This document shows, piece after piece, positions 15,871 to 24,134 of a DNA stretch of 34,258 nt. Origin of the DNA: a virus; IMG/VR virus record IMGVR_UViG_3300016474_000139, positions 1 to 34,258 of that record; one strand, given 5' to 3'. The position numbers and the translations under genes are program-made. Positions within the stretch are counted from its first letter, which is position 1. The number at the start of each line of letters is the position of its first letter. The notes beneath the pieces are model-generated. The model was not told the DNA's origin, searched no databases, and saw nothing but the letters and a program-made list of their open reading frames with translations.

Positions 15871-16356
15871 ATGATTACTCAAGCGCGACTGCACGAGCTT
15901 CTTTCCTACGATCCAGAGACTGGCGTTTTTATTCGCCGAGTCAAATCTGGAAACATCATTGCCGGACAAATTGCTGGAGGCGTCAGAAAAGACGGATACC
16001 TGCAGATCAGCATTGACAACAGGCGCTATCTCTCCCATCGTCTGGCATGGCTCTATGTGCATGGATCTTTTCCTGAGTACGACACCGACCACATCGATGG
16101 CAACAGGCAAAACAATGCGATCAGAAATCTGCGTGCTGTAACCAGATCGACCAACCTGCAAAATCTCAGGCGCTCCAAGTCGACCAACAAATCGACTGGT
16201 TTGCTTGGCGTGACAAAACTTGCTGACGGACGCTACATGGCTCAAATCACTGCGAATAAGGTTCACAGGTACATTGGCACATTTGCGACGCCGCAAGACG
16301 CCAGCGATGCGTATTTGGCCGAGAAAAGACGCGTTCATGCTGGATGCACGATTTAA
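15871..16356 (+). CDS. HNH (HNH_3) + AP2-domain homing endonuclease
   Basis: LSYDPETGVF, TDHIDGNRQNNAIRNLRAVT and the AP2-like GVTKLADGRYMAQI...YIGTFATPQDASDAY are present. It is on the opposite strand to the whole late arm. ATG 15871 has GAGGTG upstream; in-frame TTG 15856 and ATG 15859 are also possible starts. Confidence 0.85.
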   Translation: MITQARLHELLSYDPETGVFIRRVKSGNIIAGQIAGGVRKDGYLQISIDNRRYLSHRLAWLYVHGSFPEYDTDHIDGNRQNNAIRNLRAVTRSTNLQNLRRSKSTNKSTGLLGVTKLADGRYMAQITANKVHRYIGTFATPQDASDAYLAEKRRVHAGCTI

Positions 16357-16688
16357 GTGATTTCTCGACCTGAGAATCGAATCGTCAGGGCGCTTGCCGT
16401 GCTTGCCAGCGTTGAAATGAAGCCACCAGGCTCAAGCACTTGGCCGACCAATTCTGGCAGCGTATAAGTTTCGTCTGGAGCGATTGCGCGAGCATCAACA
16501 ATCAGGTTGCTGACGCCAGGACTGCCACCAGACGTAACCAGGTTGACAGACAGCGTTGCATTTGCTGCGCTTGTATTGGTCACGGTTGCTTTGTCGATGA
16601 TGGTCTTGCAGTTCACAGCGGTGTACTGCGTGGTCTGCGAGTTTTCAGCCTGCTTCGATGGGATAATGGTTTTTACTAGGACGCTCAT
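16353..16688 (-). CDS. small beta-rich virion-module protein, paralog B (111 aa)
   Basis: AAGGAG RBS. It has the same length as 16698..17033 and aligns with it (TTxYT...N.T..A...V.LV...G..G..N ... ALTIRFSGREIT against GLTITASGAEAI). Confidence 0.75.
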   Translation of the reverse strand: MSVLVKTIIPSKQAENSQTTQYTAVNCKTIIDKATVTNTSAANATLSVNLVTSGGSPGVSNLIVDARAIAPDETYTLPELVGQVLEPGGFISTLASTASALTIRFSGREIT

Positions 16689-16697
16689 GGTTTCTCC

Positions 16698-17033
16698 TTA
16701 GATGGCTTCGGCACCGCTTGCCGTGATTGTCAGGCCTGCCGATGCGGCTTGAATCTGGATGGTTTCGGCTGCATTCATCACCTGCACGCCGTTGTACTGT
16801 AGGGCGTTGTTTGCAGGGACGGATACGTCGTACAGGAATGCGTTTGTAGTGCCAGCAGTGCCAGCAGCAGGCACCAGGAACACGCGAACATTGATGGCCG
16901 CGCCTGTTGTGTTGGCGATGCTGAATTCCTTGAGCAGCGTGCGCGTGCTGGCCGGGACGGTGTAGAGCGTGGTGACGCCAGTCGTGATGGCCGCTTGGCC
17001 TAGTTTGGTCGGGGTGATGTTCTGAAATGCCAT
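16698..17033 (-). CDS. small beta-rich virion-module protein, paralog A (111 aa)
   Basis: It is tightly packed after the 336-aa gene and is a paralog of 16353..16688. Confidence 0.75.
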   Translation of the reverse strand: MAFQNITPTKLGQAAITTGVTTLYTVPASTRTLLKEFSIANTTGAAINVRVFLVPAAGTAGTTNAFLYDVSVPANNALQYNGVQVMNAAETIQIQAASAGLTITASGAEAI

Positions 17034-17034
17034 G

Positions 17035-18045
17035 TCACATGCTCATCCATTCAAGCACCTGCACGGCAGATGCGGGTTTGTTTTCCCAGCGCGATTGCGT
17101 GGCATCGTAGAGCAGCACATCAAAGTCGTTTGGGGTGCCTGTGCCGTTGATGTAGACGTCCTGCAGCCTGGCCAGCGATTCGGCCACTGTCATGCGAACG
17201 AAGATCGAGCCAGAGCCGCCTGAGCCTGCATTCACCACCACAGCCACGGGCACATCGATGTTCGGCGCTTGCGGCTGCACGTTTGTCCACGTTCCTGGTG
17301 TTGCCGGGTCAAAATACAGCAGGTCACCATCTGCCCAGACCTCGCCGTACGGTGCGCCGGTCGTATTGAAGCCGCGCACCAGGCCAAAGTTGGTCACATA
17401 GCCGAAGGCATTGTCCGCAATGTCCTGCGTGGCCACGCCCATCATGTAGTCGGCCAACACCGAGCCGTCTGCAACAGCCAAGCCGAACGTCAGCTTGCCA
17501 GACGAGCCAACAGTGCCGGTGAACATCACAGGCGTGCCGTTGGCGATCAGGCTGCCGCTGGTGTTCTTGGCGTAGTACATCATCTCCTGGCCAACTTGCA
17601 GCACGCTGCCGCCGTACAGGCCGACGTCCATCGTGCCGTCGTCACGGTTCCACTGCACGCGCCTGGCCTGGCTGACGTGCGGGCCGATCTCCGGAAGATC
17701 GATGTAGTCCGTCACCACCGAGTTGTTGTTCTGGATGGCAGGGGCCGTGGCCAGCATTTCCAGTGCGTTGGCAATGCGGCCGAGCGTGTCCAGCGCCTGC
17801 ACCGCCTTCTGGTCGGCCGCGCCGCTGTTGATGGCAGCGTCTTGCGCCAACCTGACAATCTGCGCCAGCGCCTCGTTGGCAGCAGCGTCGGCATTGCCTG
17901 CTTGGATGCTGATGCCCTGCGTGTCGCTGGCAGGCGCAATATCATCGGCCAGCGCAAACAGCCTCTCGAACTGCTTGATCTGCTCGTGGTTCTTGAGGAA
18001 CGTGGCGAGTTGATCTCGGGTGAGGTTGAGCTTTTGCGTCGCCAT
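17035..18045 (-). CDS. tail needle/plug-position protein (336 aa): helical N-terminal third plus a beta-rich C-terminal domain
   Basis: It sits immediately after the gp10-like gene, where P22 has gp26. The first ~110 aa are Ala/Gln-rich and helical, and a globular part follows. The functional call rests on position only. Confidence 0.55.
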   Translation of the reverse strand: MATQKLNLTRDQLATFLKNHEQIKQFERLFALADDIAPASDTQGISIQAGNADAAANEALAQIVRLAQDAAINSGAADQKAVQALDTLGRIANALEMLATAPAIQNNNSVVTDYIDLPEIGPHVSQARRVQWNRDDGTMDVGLYGGSVLQVGQEMMYYAKNTSGSLIANGTPVMFTGTVGSSGKLTFGLAVADGSVLADYMMGVATQDIADNAFGYVTNFGLVRGFNTTGAPYGEVWADGDLLYFDPATPGTWTNVQPQAPNIDVPVAVVVNAGSGGSGSIFVRMTVAESLARLQDVYINGTGTPNDFDVLLYDATQSRWENKPASAVQVLEWMSM

Positions 18046-18047
18046 GA

Positions 18048-19451
18048 TCAGTACGCCAGACCTTCGATCTGGGCTTCAAGACGAGCGAACGACAGGTGCG
18101 CCTGGGTGTCGCCACGGAAGCGCTGGATGCGCCAGTTGCGCATGTGCCCTTGCTGAAACCAGGCCAGGCGCTTGCGTGTGTTGCCGGTGGTACCGACGCG
18201 GATCGGACGATCCTGACTCCAGGACTGGCCGTCCACCGAGTAGCTGGTGCTGATGATCGGGTCTTTGCCCATGGCCACGCGGCCAGTGAGTGCCACCAGT
18301 TCGAGTTCGTGGAAGATCGCACCATTGCCCTCGTTGTAGGCAATGATGGTGCCGAACTCCCAGCGCACGATCTGGCCCCAATGCTCGCCGGTCTTGTCCA
18401 CCATGTAGCCGATGGTGCTGGACTGCGGATCGCCGACTAGCCACTTGTCGTAGGCCCAGACCAAGTTGCGCGCACGGTACTGGCTGAATCCGACCGTCGA
18501 TGTGGTTAGCGTGAACCACACCTGTTCGCCAAGCGCCTCGGATGCCGCCGCGTCGTAGACGATGGTGCGGTCCGGCAGATGCACGTACAGGTGCTGGTGG
18601 TTCTTGTCGTTGCGCGCCTCCAACTTCACCTGCGCCAGTTGCGCCTCGGTGAACTGCATCAGCACCTGGTCGATTTCCTGCGTGCTGATCTTCTGAGCCT
18701 GGGAGTTCGCGCCAAGATAGATGCCTGGTTCCTCGTTGCGTCCGCTACCCAGAAAAGCCACCGTCTCCAGGTAGACGCAGCAAGCGAACGTGCCGACAAC
18801 GCCCTTGGTGATCTGCGCTCCGTCGATGCGCTGGAATGGGAAGAAGTCACCGCCGACGTTGTCGAACACCTCGATGGTATTGCGGTTCAGTGCGTAGACC
18901 TCGTTGCGCAGCTTGAGCAGCGCCACCACTGGGTCTGGGTCCACTTCAGACGAGCCGTACTTCAGCGGATTGACCTGGGTCGGGTCTGCCAACTCAGTCA
19001 CCACCAGGCTGTTTCCATCAGTAGTCATGAAGTAGCCGTCCACCCACACCACATCCAGCACGACGCCAAGGTCCGGGTCAGTCACTTGCGTGAGTGCGCC
19101 GTTCCAGTAGTACAGCCGCCCACCGGATGCGATGGCTAGGCGGTCAAAGCTGTAGTCCATCGTCACCAGCGTGTCGACCGGGCCACCAACGTCGCCCAGC
19201 ACAGTCACAGCGCCATTGCTGGCCACGGTCACCAACTTGGTTCCCATGACGCGGTAGCAGACGCCGTTCCAGTTGATGCCGCCACGATCCACCCCAGGGC
19301 CGGTGCCGTTGGCCACCAGTCCATCAGCAGGACGCAAGAAGCCATTGCTGATGCCGGACTTCTTTGGCACTGGCATCAGGTTGACCGGGTAGGACGTGCG
19401 CAAGTCCGGACCGTTGTCCGTGTAGATGCCGTTGAGGATTGGAATCTGCAT
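18048..19451 (-). CDS. P22 gp10-like tail hub / packaged-DNA stabilisation protein
   Basis: The protein is 467 aa (P22 gp10 is about 470 aa). The N-terminal YPVNLMPVPKKSGISNGFLRP...RGG...YRVMGTKL and the C-terminal basic segment RKRLAWFQQGHMRNWRIQ match my recollection of gp10. Confidence 0.85.
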   Translation of the reverse strand: MQIPILNGIYTDNGPDLRTSYPVNLMPVPKKSGISNGFLRPADGLVANGTGPGVDRGGINWNGVCYRVMGTKLVTVASNGAVTVLGDVGGPVDTLVTMDYSFDRLAIASGGRLYYWNGALTQVTDPDLGVVLDVVWVDGYFMTTDGNSLVVTELADPTQVNPLKYGSSEVDPDPVVALLKLRNEVYALNRNTIEVFDNVGGDFFPFQRIDGAQITKGVVGTFACCVYLETVAFLGSGRNEEPGIYLGANSQAQKISTQEIDQVLMQFTEAQLAQVKLEARNDKNHQHLYVHLPDRTIVYDAAASEALGEQVWFTLTTSTVGFSQYRARNLVWAYDKWLVGDPQSSTIGYMVDKTGEHWGQIVRWEFGTIIAYNEGNGAIFHELELVALTGRVAMGKDPIISTSYSVDGQSWSQDRPIRVGTTGNTRKRLAWFQQGHMRNWRIQRFRGDTQAHLSFARLEAQIEGLAY

Positions 19452-19919
19452 TCAGGTCACCACTTGATTCTGTTTTTGCCAGTAGCCTCGCGGCAGCCTG
19501 TTGGCAGTCTGCTCTGCAATCGTTGCCCATCGCACATTGCCAGGTTCGTAGTGTCCAAGCGGGTCGATACGGTCAAGCGTTGTGCCATCTGGACGAACTC
19601 CAATGCAGTCGATCAACTGCTGCATCGATGTGAATCGAAACTCCACATGCGCATAACAGGCATGATGCTTTTCGCCCATCTTGCAGCGTTGCTTGGCCTT
19701 GTAGTAACTGCTCTGCGTTCTGGCCAGCACCGGGTCGTTCTTCACGCCAGTGCCTTTGCGCGGATGGTCGCGCCCATCGAACCGCAGCCGGTTATGGCAC
19801 GGCTTGCAGATCAGAGGCTTTCCCTCCTTCTGCAATCTCGACAGGACGTCAGATCTGACCATTCGCTTCTCTCCGCAGTTCGGACACTGCACTTCGTATT
19901 TCAACAGTCCATTTGGCAT
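19452..19919 (-). CDS. HNH-type homing endonuclease with an N-terminal zinc ribbon
   Basis: CPNCG...CKPCHN and LDRIDPLGHYEPGNVRWATIAEQTANR are present. An AAGGAG RBS precedes the start. The stop abuts the gp10-like ATG with no spacer. Confidence 0.65.
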   Translation of the reverse strand: MPNGLLKYEVQCPNCGEKRMVRSDVLSRLQKEGKPLICKPCHNRLRFDGRDHPRKGTGVKNDPVLARTQSSYYKAKQRCKMGEKHHACYAHVEFRFTSMQQLIDCIGVRPDGTTLDRIDPLGHYEPGNVRWATIAEQTANRLPRGYWQKQNQVVT

Positions 19920-19961
19920 ACGTCACTCCTTGCGGAGCACTGTAGCACCATTTGGGATTAT

Positions 19962-20249
19962 TTACCACTTCACGCGGTCACTCCAATAGGCTGCGCTCAT
20001 CTTGCCCTTGGCGATGTTGCTGGCGTGACGCGCTTTGAACGACTCGCGCCGTGCCTTGTCGGCCTTGGACTCGCCTTCGCGCTTCGGAGACCCAGAGACG
20101 CCTTGTTGGCCAAAGCGGATGGTCTTGACCTTCTCGCCTTCCTTGGCCACCACAACGTGTGACTTGGTGGGGTGCGATGGCGTGCGCTTTGGCTTGTTGT
20201 AGCCCTGCACGCCGACGCGCTCCAGCCGTGGGTCTTTCTTGGCTGCCAT
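19962..20249 (-). CDS. basic hypothetical protein (95 aa)
   Basis: MAAKKDPRLERVGVQGYNKPKRTPSHPTKSHVVVAKEG... The protein is Lys/Arg-rich and I recall it as recurrent in podophage genomes. Function unknown. Confidence 0.7.
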   Translation of the reverse strand: MAAKKDPRLERVGVQGYNKPKRTPSHPTKSHVVVAKEGEKVKTIRFGQQGVSGSPKREGESKADKARRESFKARHASNIAKGKMSAAYWSDRVKW

Positions 20250-20251
20250 GA

Positions 20252-20707
20252 TCAGGCGATCCGGTACCAGGAGTTGGTGGCCTGCACGAAGCGCATGCGG
20301 AAGAACTCTTCGGCCAGCAGCGTGGTCGGTGCGCCATAGGCAGCCGTCGCGCCGTTTAGCGCCAGCGTGAAGCCGGTGATCTGCTGCGTGGTGGTCACCA
20401 GCACTTCGGTGCCATCAGGCGTCTGGGTGTTCAGCGGCAGGGTGATGGTGCCCAGCGCCAGCGTACCGGCAGGCTGGATCAGCATCCATTGCTGGGCAGC
20501 AACCGGGGTAGGCACGGCCACGTTGAAGCCGGTGCCAGGGGTGTAGACGTTGGTGGCCAGCGTGGGGCTGGCGAAGGTCTGCTGGAAGTACTGCAGCAGC
20601 GCCGAGACAGGCAGACGACGCGCGTCGCCATTGTTTGGGCTGTAGACGGGCACCTGGTCACCAGGCGAGACCTGGGCCAGCAGCGGCAGTTGATTGATGT
20701 AGGGCAT
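20252..20707 (-). CDS. hypothetical virion-module protein (151 aa)
   Basis: ATG 20707 has GAAGGAG upstream. It is a sub-ORF of track ORF 20252..20932. Confidence 0.7.
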   Translation of the reverse strand: MPYINQLPLLAQVSPGDQVPVYSPNNGDARRLPVSALLQYFQQTFASPTLATNVYTPGTGFNVAVPTPVAAQQWMLIQPAGTLALGTITLPLNTQTPDGTEVLVTTTQQITGFTLALNGATAAYGAPTTLLAEEFFRMRFVQATNSWYRIA

Positions 20708-20717
20708 TTCGGCTCCT

Positions 20718-21200
20718 TCAGTTGTACTCGATGGGTCCATCCTGGCCAGCCAGCACAGGATCGACGGGTGGACGGATGAACGGGTTATCGTAGACGCGCC
20801 AGGGCTTGTTGCCAGCACCAGCAGGCATCGTGGCTGGCAGTTGCTGCTGGCCAGGCTGCACAGCACGCGAAAGGATTGTGTTGTAGCTGTCCTTCGCCGT
20901 GGCCTGCGTGTTGGCCGAAACGGTCTTGCCATAGCCAGGCGCGATGCGGATGGCCAGGTTGGTGATGATCGCCTCGTTGGCGCTGTCCGGCACCTCGGAC
21001 GGCTCGTCCAGGTCGCTGAACTGCGGACTGCCTGGGATCGGGTACCCGAGCCGGATGCCCTTGCCGTTCCAGTCTGCCATCATGGAGTCGAGCCTGCGAA
21101 GCGCCGACTGAAGTTGCTCCGGCTGCAGGTCGAAGACGTAGGACGCCAGCCCGATTTCCTCGAACGCGGCCGTCACAAATTGGCGCTTGCTGTACCCCAT
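20718..21200 (-). CDS. P22 gp4-like head-to-tail adaptor
   Basis: The protein is 160 aa. LGLAS...LDSMMADWNGKGI..GY...LAIRIAPGYGK...MPAGAGN matches my recollection of gp4. Confidence 0.85.
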   Translation of the reverse strand: MGYSKRQFVTAAFEEIGLASYVFDLQPEQLQSALRRLDSMMADWNGKGIRLGYPIPGSPQFSDLDEPSEVPDSANEAIITNLAIRIAPGYGKTVSANTQATAKDSYNTILSRAVQPGQQQLPATMPAGAGNKPWRVYDNPFIRPPVDPVLAGQDGPIEYN

Positions 21201-21201
21201 G

Positions 21202-21654
21202 TCAGGCCTCCTGCTTGCTCAATGCTTCGGTGATCATGTCCAGCAACTTCTCATCGCTGGTGCGCTTGCTGAACTTCAGACCGAGTTCAGTGGCCTTGGC
21301 CACCAACTCGATGCGGGTCGGTGCTTCGCTGTCTGCCGGGACTGCTGTCGGAGTCTCTACAGGCTTCGTCTCAGCGACGATCTGCACAGCGTTCGCTGCG
21401 CGCTTGAATGACGCACGACGCTCTGCTGGTGGCGCTGCCACTCGGACTTTGCGCGTGCGGACCTTGCGGTTCGCCAGGTGACGCGAAGCGCTCTCCCCTG
21501 CTGCATCCAGAGCCTGTTCCAGCGTCAGATGCCAGCCAGATGCCAGGCGCGCGTCCAGTTGCTGCTGCGTGGTTGCCAGCATGGTGTCGTAGCTGTAACG
21601 GGCACGCCGAATGGAGCCTGGCGCACGGTAAATGGAGCAGGGCAACGCGCTCAT
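21202..21654 (-). CDS. hypothetical protein (150 aa) with a C-terminal Rho_N/HeH-like motif
   Basis: The C-terminus reads TRIELVAKATELGLKFSKRTSDEKLLDMITEAL. The start is ATGA-coupled to the upstream 57-aa ORF. Confidence 0.65.
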   Translation of the reverse strand: MSALPCSIYRAPGSIRRARYSYDTMLATTQQQLDARLASGWHLTLEQALDAAGESASRHLANRKVRTRKVRVAAPPAERRASFKRAANAVQIVAETKPVETPTAVPADSEAPTRIELVAKATELGLKFSKRTSDEKLLDMITEALSKQEA

Positions 21655-21824
21655 TTCTTCGCCTTTTTCGCCGGTGCTTTGCTGGGCTTGCCAGCAGCTT
21701 TGGCCGCCTTGCGTGCGACGTTCAGGGCAACGGCAACGGCCTGCTTTTGAGGCATGCCAGCCTTCATCTCCTTGGAGATGTTCTTGCCGATGGTCTTGCT
21801 TGAGTAGCCTTTTTTCAGTGGCAT
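21651..21824 (-). CDS. Lys-rich small protein (57 aa, not in the ORF track)
   Basis: ATG 21824 has AAGGAG upstream. Translation: MPLKKGYSSKTIGKNISKEMKAGMPQKQAVAVALNVARKAAKAAGKPSKAPAKKAKK. Confidence 0.6.
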   Translation of the reverse strand: MPLKKGYSSKTIGKNISKEMKAGMPQKQAVAVALNVARKAAKAAGKPSKAPAKKAKK

Positions 21825-21843
21825 GGTGTTCTCCTTGGTAGAT

Positions 21844-21863
21844 GGGGGGACCGAAGCCCCCCC
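21844..21863 (-). promoter_or_regulatory. very stable GC hairpin with a cUUCGg tetraloop, just downstream of the coat gene
   Basis: The minus strand reads GGGGGGGC-UUCG-GUCCCCCC, an 8-bp stem including one G.U pair. No U-tract follows. Confidence 0.6.
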
Positions 21864-21878
21864 ATTGTCCTACTCAGC

Positions 21879-23162
21879 TTACTGGTTGAACAGCAGGATG
21901 CCGCTCATCTCAGGCTGCTTGTTCACGACGCCGAACAGCGTGTCGAGACGGTACTTGATCGTCATCGAGTCGATGTCGTAGAACTTCTGCATCACCACTT
22001 CGATGCCCTGGTCGGTGGTGGCGCGCATCACTGCGGTTCCAGCATCGGTCGGGACAGCGTAGCGGCCGGGCAGGAGTTCCAGAGCGTCGCGTTGCCAGAA
22101 CACGTTGACGGCAGCGGTGTTGACGTTCAGCCAGGTGAACGGAGCAGCAGCGTTAGGCGTCACGATGCAGTTCTGGTACTGCAGTTCGGCATCGGAACCA
22201 CCCTGGGCCGAGATGATCGGCGGGGTGATGACCAGGTCGGTGCCGTTGACCACTTGCACCACGCGGAAAGTCTTGGGCTGGCCAGTACCTTGCTTGGTGA
22301 TGTGGTGCACAGCTTCCACGCCGCTGATCGTGAACGCGTCGCCAGCGACCACGCCGACGGTGTTGTCGACGGTGATGGTCTGGAAGCGGTTGTCCACGTT
22401 CTGGGTCTCGCCGGACGGAGCCGTCGAGGTGGCCGCAGGGACGTAGTAGTTGTTGGCAGCAGCCTGGGTGTCGATCAAGGTCGCACCACCAGCAGCGCCG
22501 GTCAGGCGGTTGGCGTAGTCGAACTTGAAGGTCTCGAAGCCAGCCACCATGCCGACGAACGAACGCTCGAACGCGGTGTTGGACTTGTTGCCACCGAACG
22601 AACGGGTGGCAGCAGCAGCTGCACCAGCGATGTTGCCAGCCAGGCCGTTGTAGTCACGGCTGGACAGGGCCAGGAAGCGGTCGTAGTCGGCAACGCCTTG
22701 CTCGTTCATGATCGAGTCGCACAGGGCAACATCGTCATAGGTGCCAGCAGCAGCGCCAATGTCCACCACCAGCGAGCCGAGGTTCGCAGCAGCGTTCATG
22801 ATGGCCAGGTTGATGTCGCTGGCCAGCTTCTGCTTGGCAGCTTCACCCAGACGGCCTTCTTGCAGGGCATCGCGCAGGTCGAGCGTGGTCATGGTCCAAG
22901 GCACGGTACGGCTGAAGCCGATGGTGGCCGGAACAGACAACTGCGTCATGTCCTGGTAGCCGCCGATGGGGGTGCCAGGAGTGGACGAGATCGACTGAGC
23001 GATGTATGGCATCGGACGCCAGATGACGTCGTTGGTGCGAGCCATCATCGTCTGGTCGGTGTTGTAGATGCCCACGTTGCGCGAGAGCACCAGTGCGTCG
23101 TGGAAGCCTTCGAGCAGGTCTTCGAACGCGACGCGTTCTTCTTTGGAAAATGCGTTAGCCAT
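21879..23162 (-). CDS. P22-type major capsid (coat) protein
   Basis: The protein is 427 aa. SKEERVAFEDLLEGF, NDVIWRPMP, VDNRF.TITV, FRVVQVVNGT.LVITP and NVFWQRDALEL match the P22 gp5-like coat family from memory. Confidence 0.9.
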   Translation of the reverse strand: MANAFSKEERVAFEDLLEGFHDALVLSRNVGIYNTDQTMMARTNDVIWRPMPYIAQSISSTPGTPIGGYQDMTQLSVPATIGFSRTVPWTMTTLDLRDALQEGRLGEAAKQKLASDINLAIMNAAANLGSLVVDIGAAAGTYDDVALCDSIMNEQGVADYDRFLALSSRDYNGLAGNIAGAAAAATRSFGGNKSNTAFERSFVGMVAGFETFKFDYANRLTGAAGGATLIDTQAAANNYYVPAATSTAPSGETQNVDNRFQTITVDNTVGVVAGDAFTISGVEAVHHITKQGTGQPKTFRVVQVVNGTDLVITPPIISAQGGSDAELQYQNCIVTPNAAAPFTWLNVNTAAVNVFWQRDALELLPGRYAVPTDAGTAVMRATTDQGIEVVMQKFYDIDSMTIKYRLDTLFGVVNKQPEMSGILLFNQ

Positions 23163-23184
23163 GATGTGTTCCTTTCAAGGGTGT

Positions 23185-24084
23185 TTAGGCTTTCGCTGCG
23201 CGCTTCTGCCGTTTGTAGGCGAGGACTTTCGTCATGTCGCCAGTACGTTCAGCTTCGGCTCGCAGCCGTTCAAGGGTTGAGTCCACTGCCCCAGACACTC
23301 GACCAGTTCCCTGGACTGTGCGCTCAGGCGGTGGGGCTGCCTTACGGTTCGTCACCTTCAATTCTTTCTCCAGTTTCGCTACCGCAAAGGCAAACTTTAC
23401 GGGGTCTTTGATGCCTGCGATCTCTTTCGCCTTCTTCGGGTTCTTGCCGAGTGCGTAAATCACCAGCGCCGGGTTGTCAGCGCCTTGCACCACGATGCCT
23501 TGCTGCGTCACGTCCAGGAGTTCCTGGGCCGTAGACTCAGCGTCCTCAAAGTCCTTGACCTTCAACTCGGCTCGCGCCTTGCCGTAGGACTCCAGCCTTG
23601 CCTGCCAAGCGTCGCGCTGGGCCTGCTCGGCCTGACGCGCCTTCTCGGCTTCCTGATCGGCTGCGCGCTTGCGCTCGTACCAATCAGCCAGGGCTGCCTC
23701 GAACTTTTCGGTGTCGTAATCGTGATCCTCCAGCTTGGGCTTCGCTCCGAGCACGACCGGCTTGTTCTCAGTCTGTGCGGTGGTCTGAAGCCGCGCTTCG
23801 AGTTCTCGAATGCGACGTTCCTTCTCGCGGTTCTGCTTACGCAACTCGCGTACCCATTCAGGCGCACGAGTCTCTTCTTCGTGAGGTGGCGACTCCTCAC
23901 CGATGGAAACCACGACCTCGTCGTCTTCATCCTTGGTCTGCTCGCCGTCCGATTCGCTGTCGTCCTGGTCGGTGATGGATTGATCCTCATCACCCACTTG
24001 CTCAGTCTGACGCTCGTCGTCCTCGATGACCTCGATGTCTTCGACTTCGATCTGATCTCCTGCTTCTGCCGTTTTACTCATCAT
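23185..24084 (-). CDS. scaffolding protein (299 aa)
   Basis: It lies between the portal and coat genes. The N-terminus is strongly acidic and the rest is charged and helical. Confidence 0.7.
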   Translation of the reverse strand: MMSKTAEAGDQIEVEDIEVIEDDERQTEQVGDEDQSITDQDDSESDGEQTKDEDDEVVVSIGEESPPHEEETRAPEWVRELRKQNREKERRIRELEARLQTTAQTENKPVVLGAKPKLEDHDYDTEKFEAALADWYERKRAADQEAEKARQAEQAQRDAWQARLESYGKARAELKVKDFEDAESTAQELLDVTQQGIVVQGADNPALVIYALGKNPKKAKEIAGIKDPVKFAFAVAKLEKELKVTNRKAAPPPERTVQGTGRVSGAVDSTLERLRAEAERTGDMTKVLAYKRQKRAAKA

Positions 24085-24134
24085 CTACCCCATCAAACTC
24101 ACCCACTGAAGCGGCTGGGTGGATACCGCATAAA

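Noticed and set aside
24085-24134. A hairpin (CACCCA-N10-TGGGTG) between the portal and scaffold genes as a terminator.
   Set aside because: The stem is only 6 bp with a 10-nt loop and no U-tract. It is probably just an intergenic spacer carrying the scaffold RBS.
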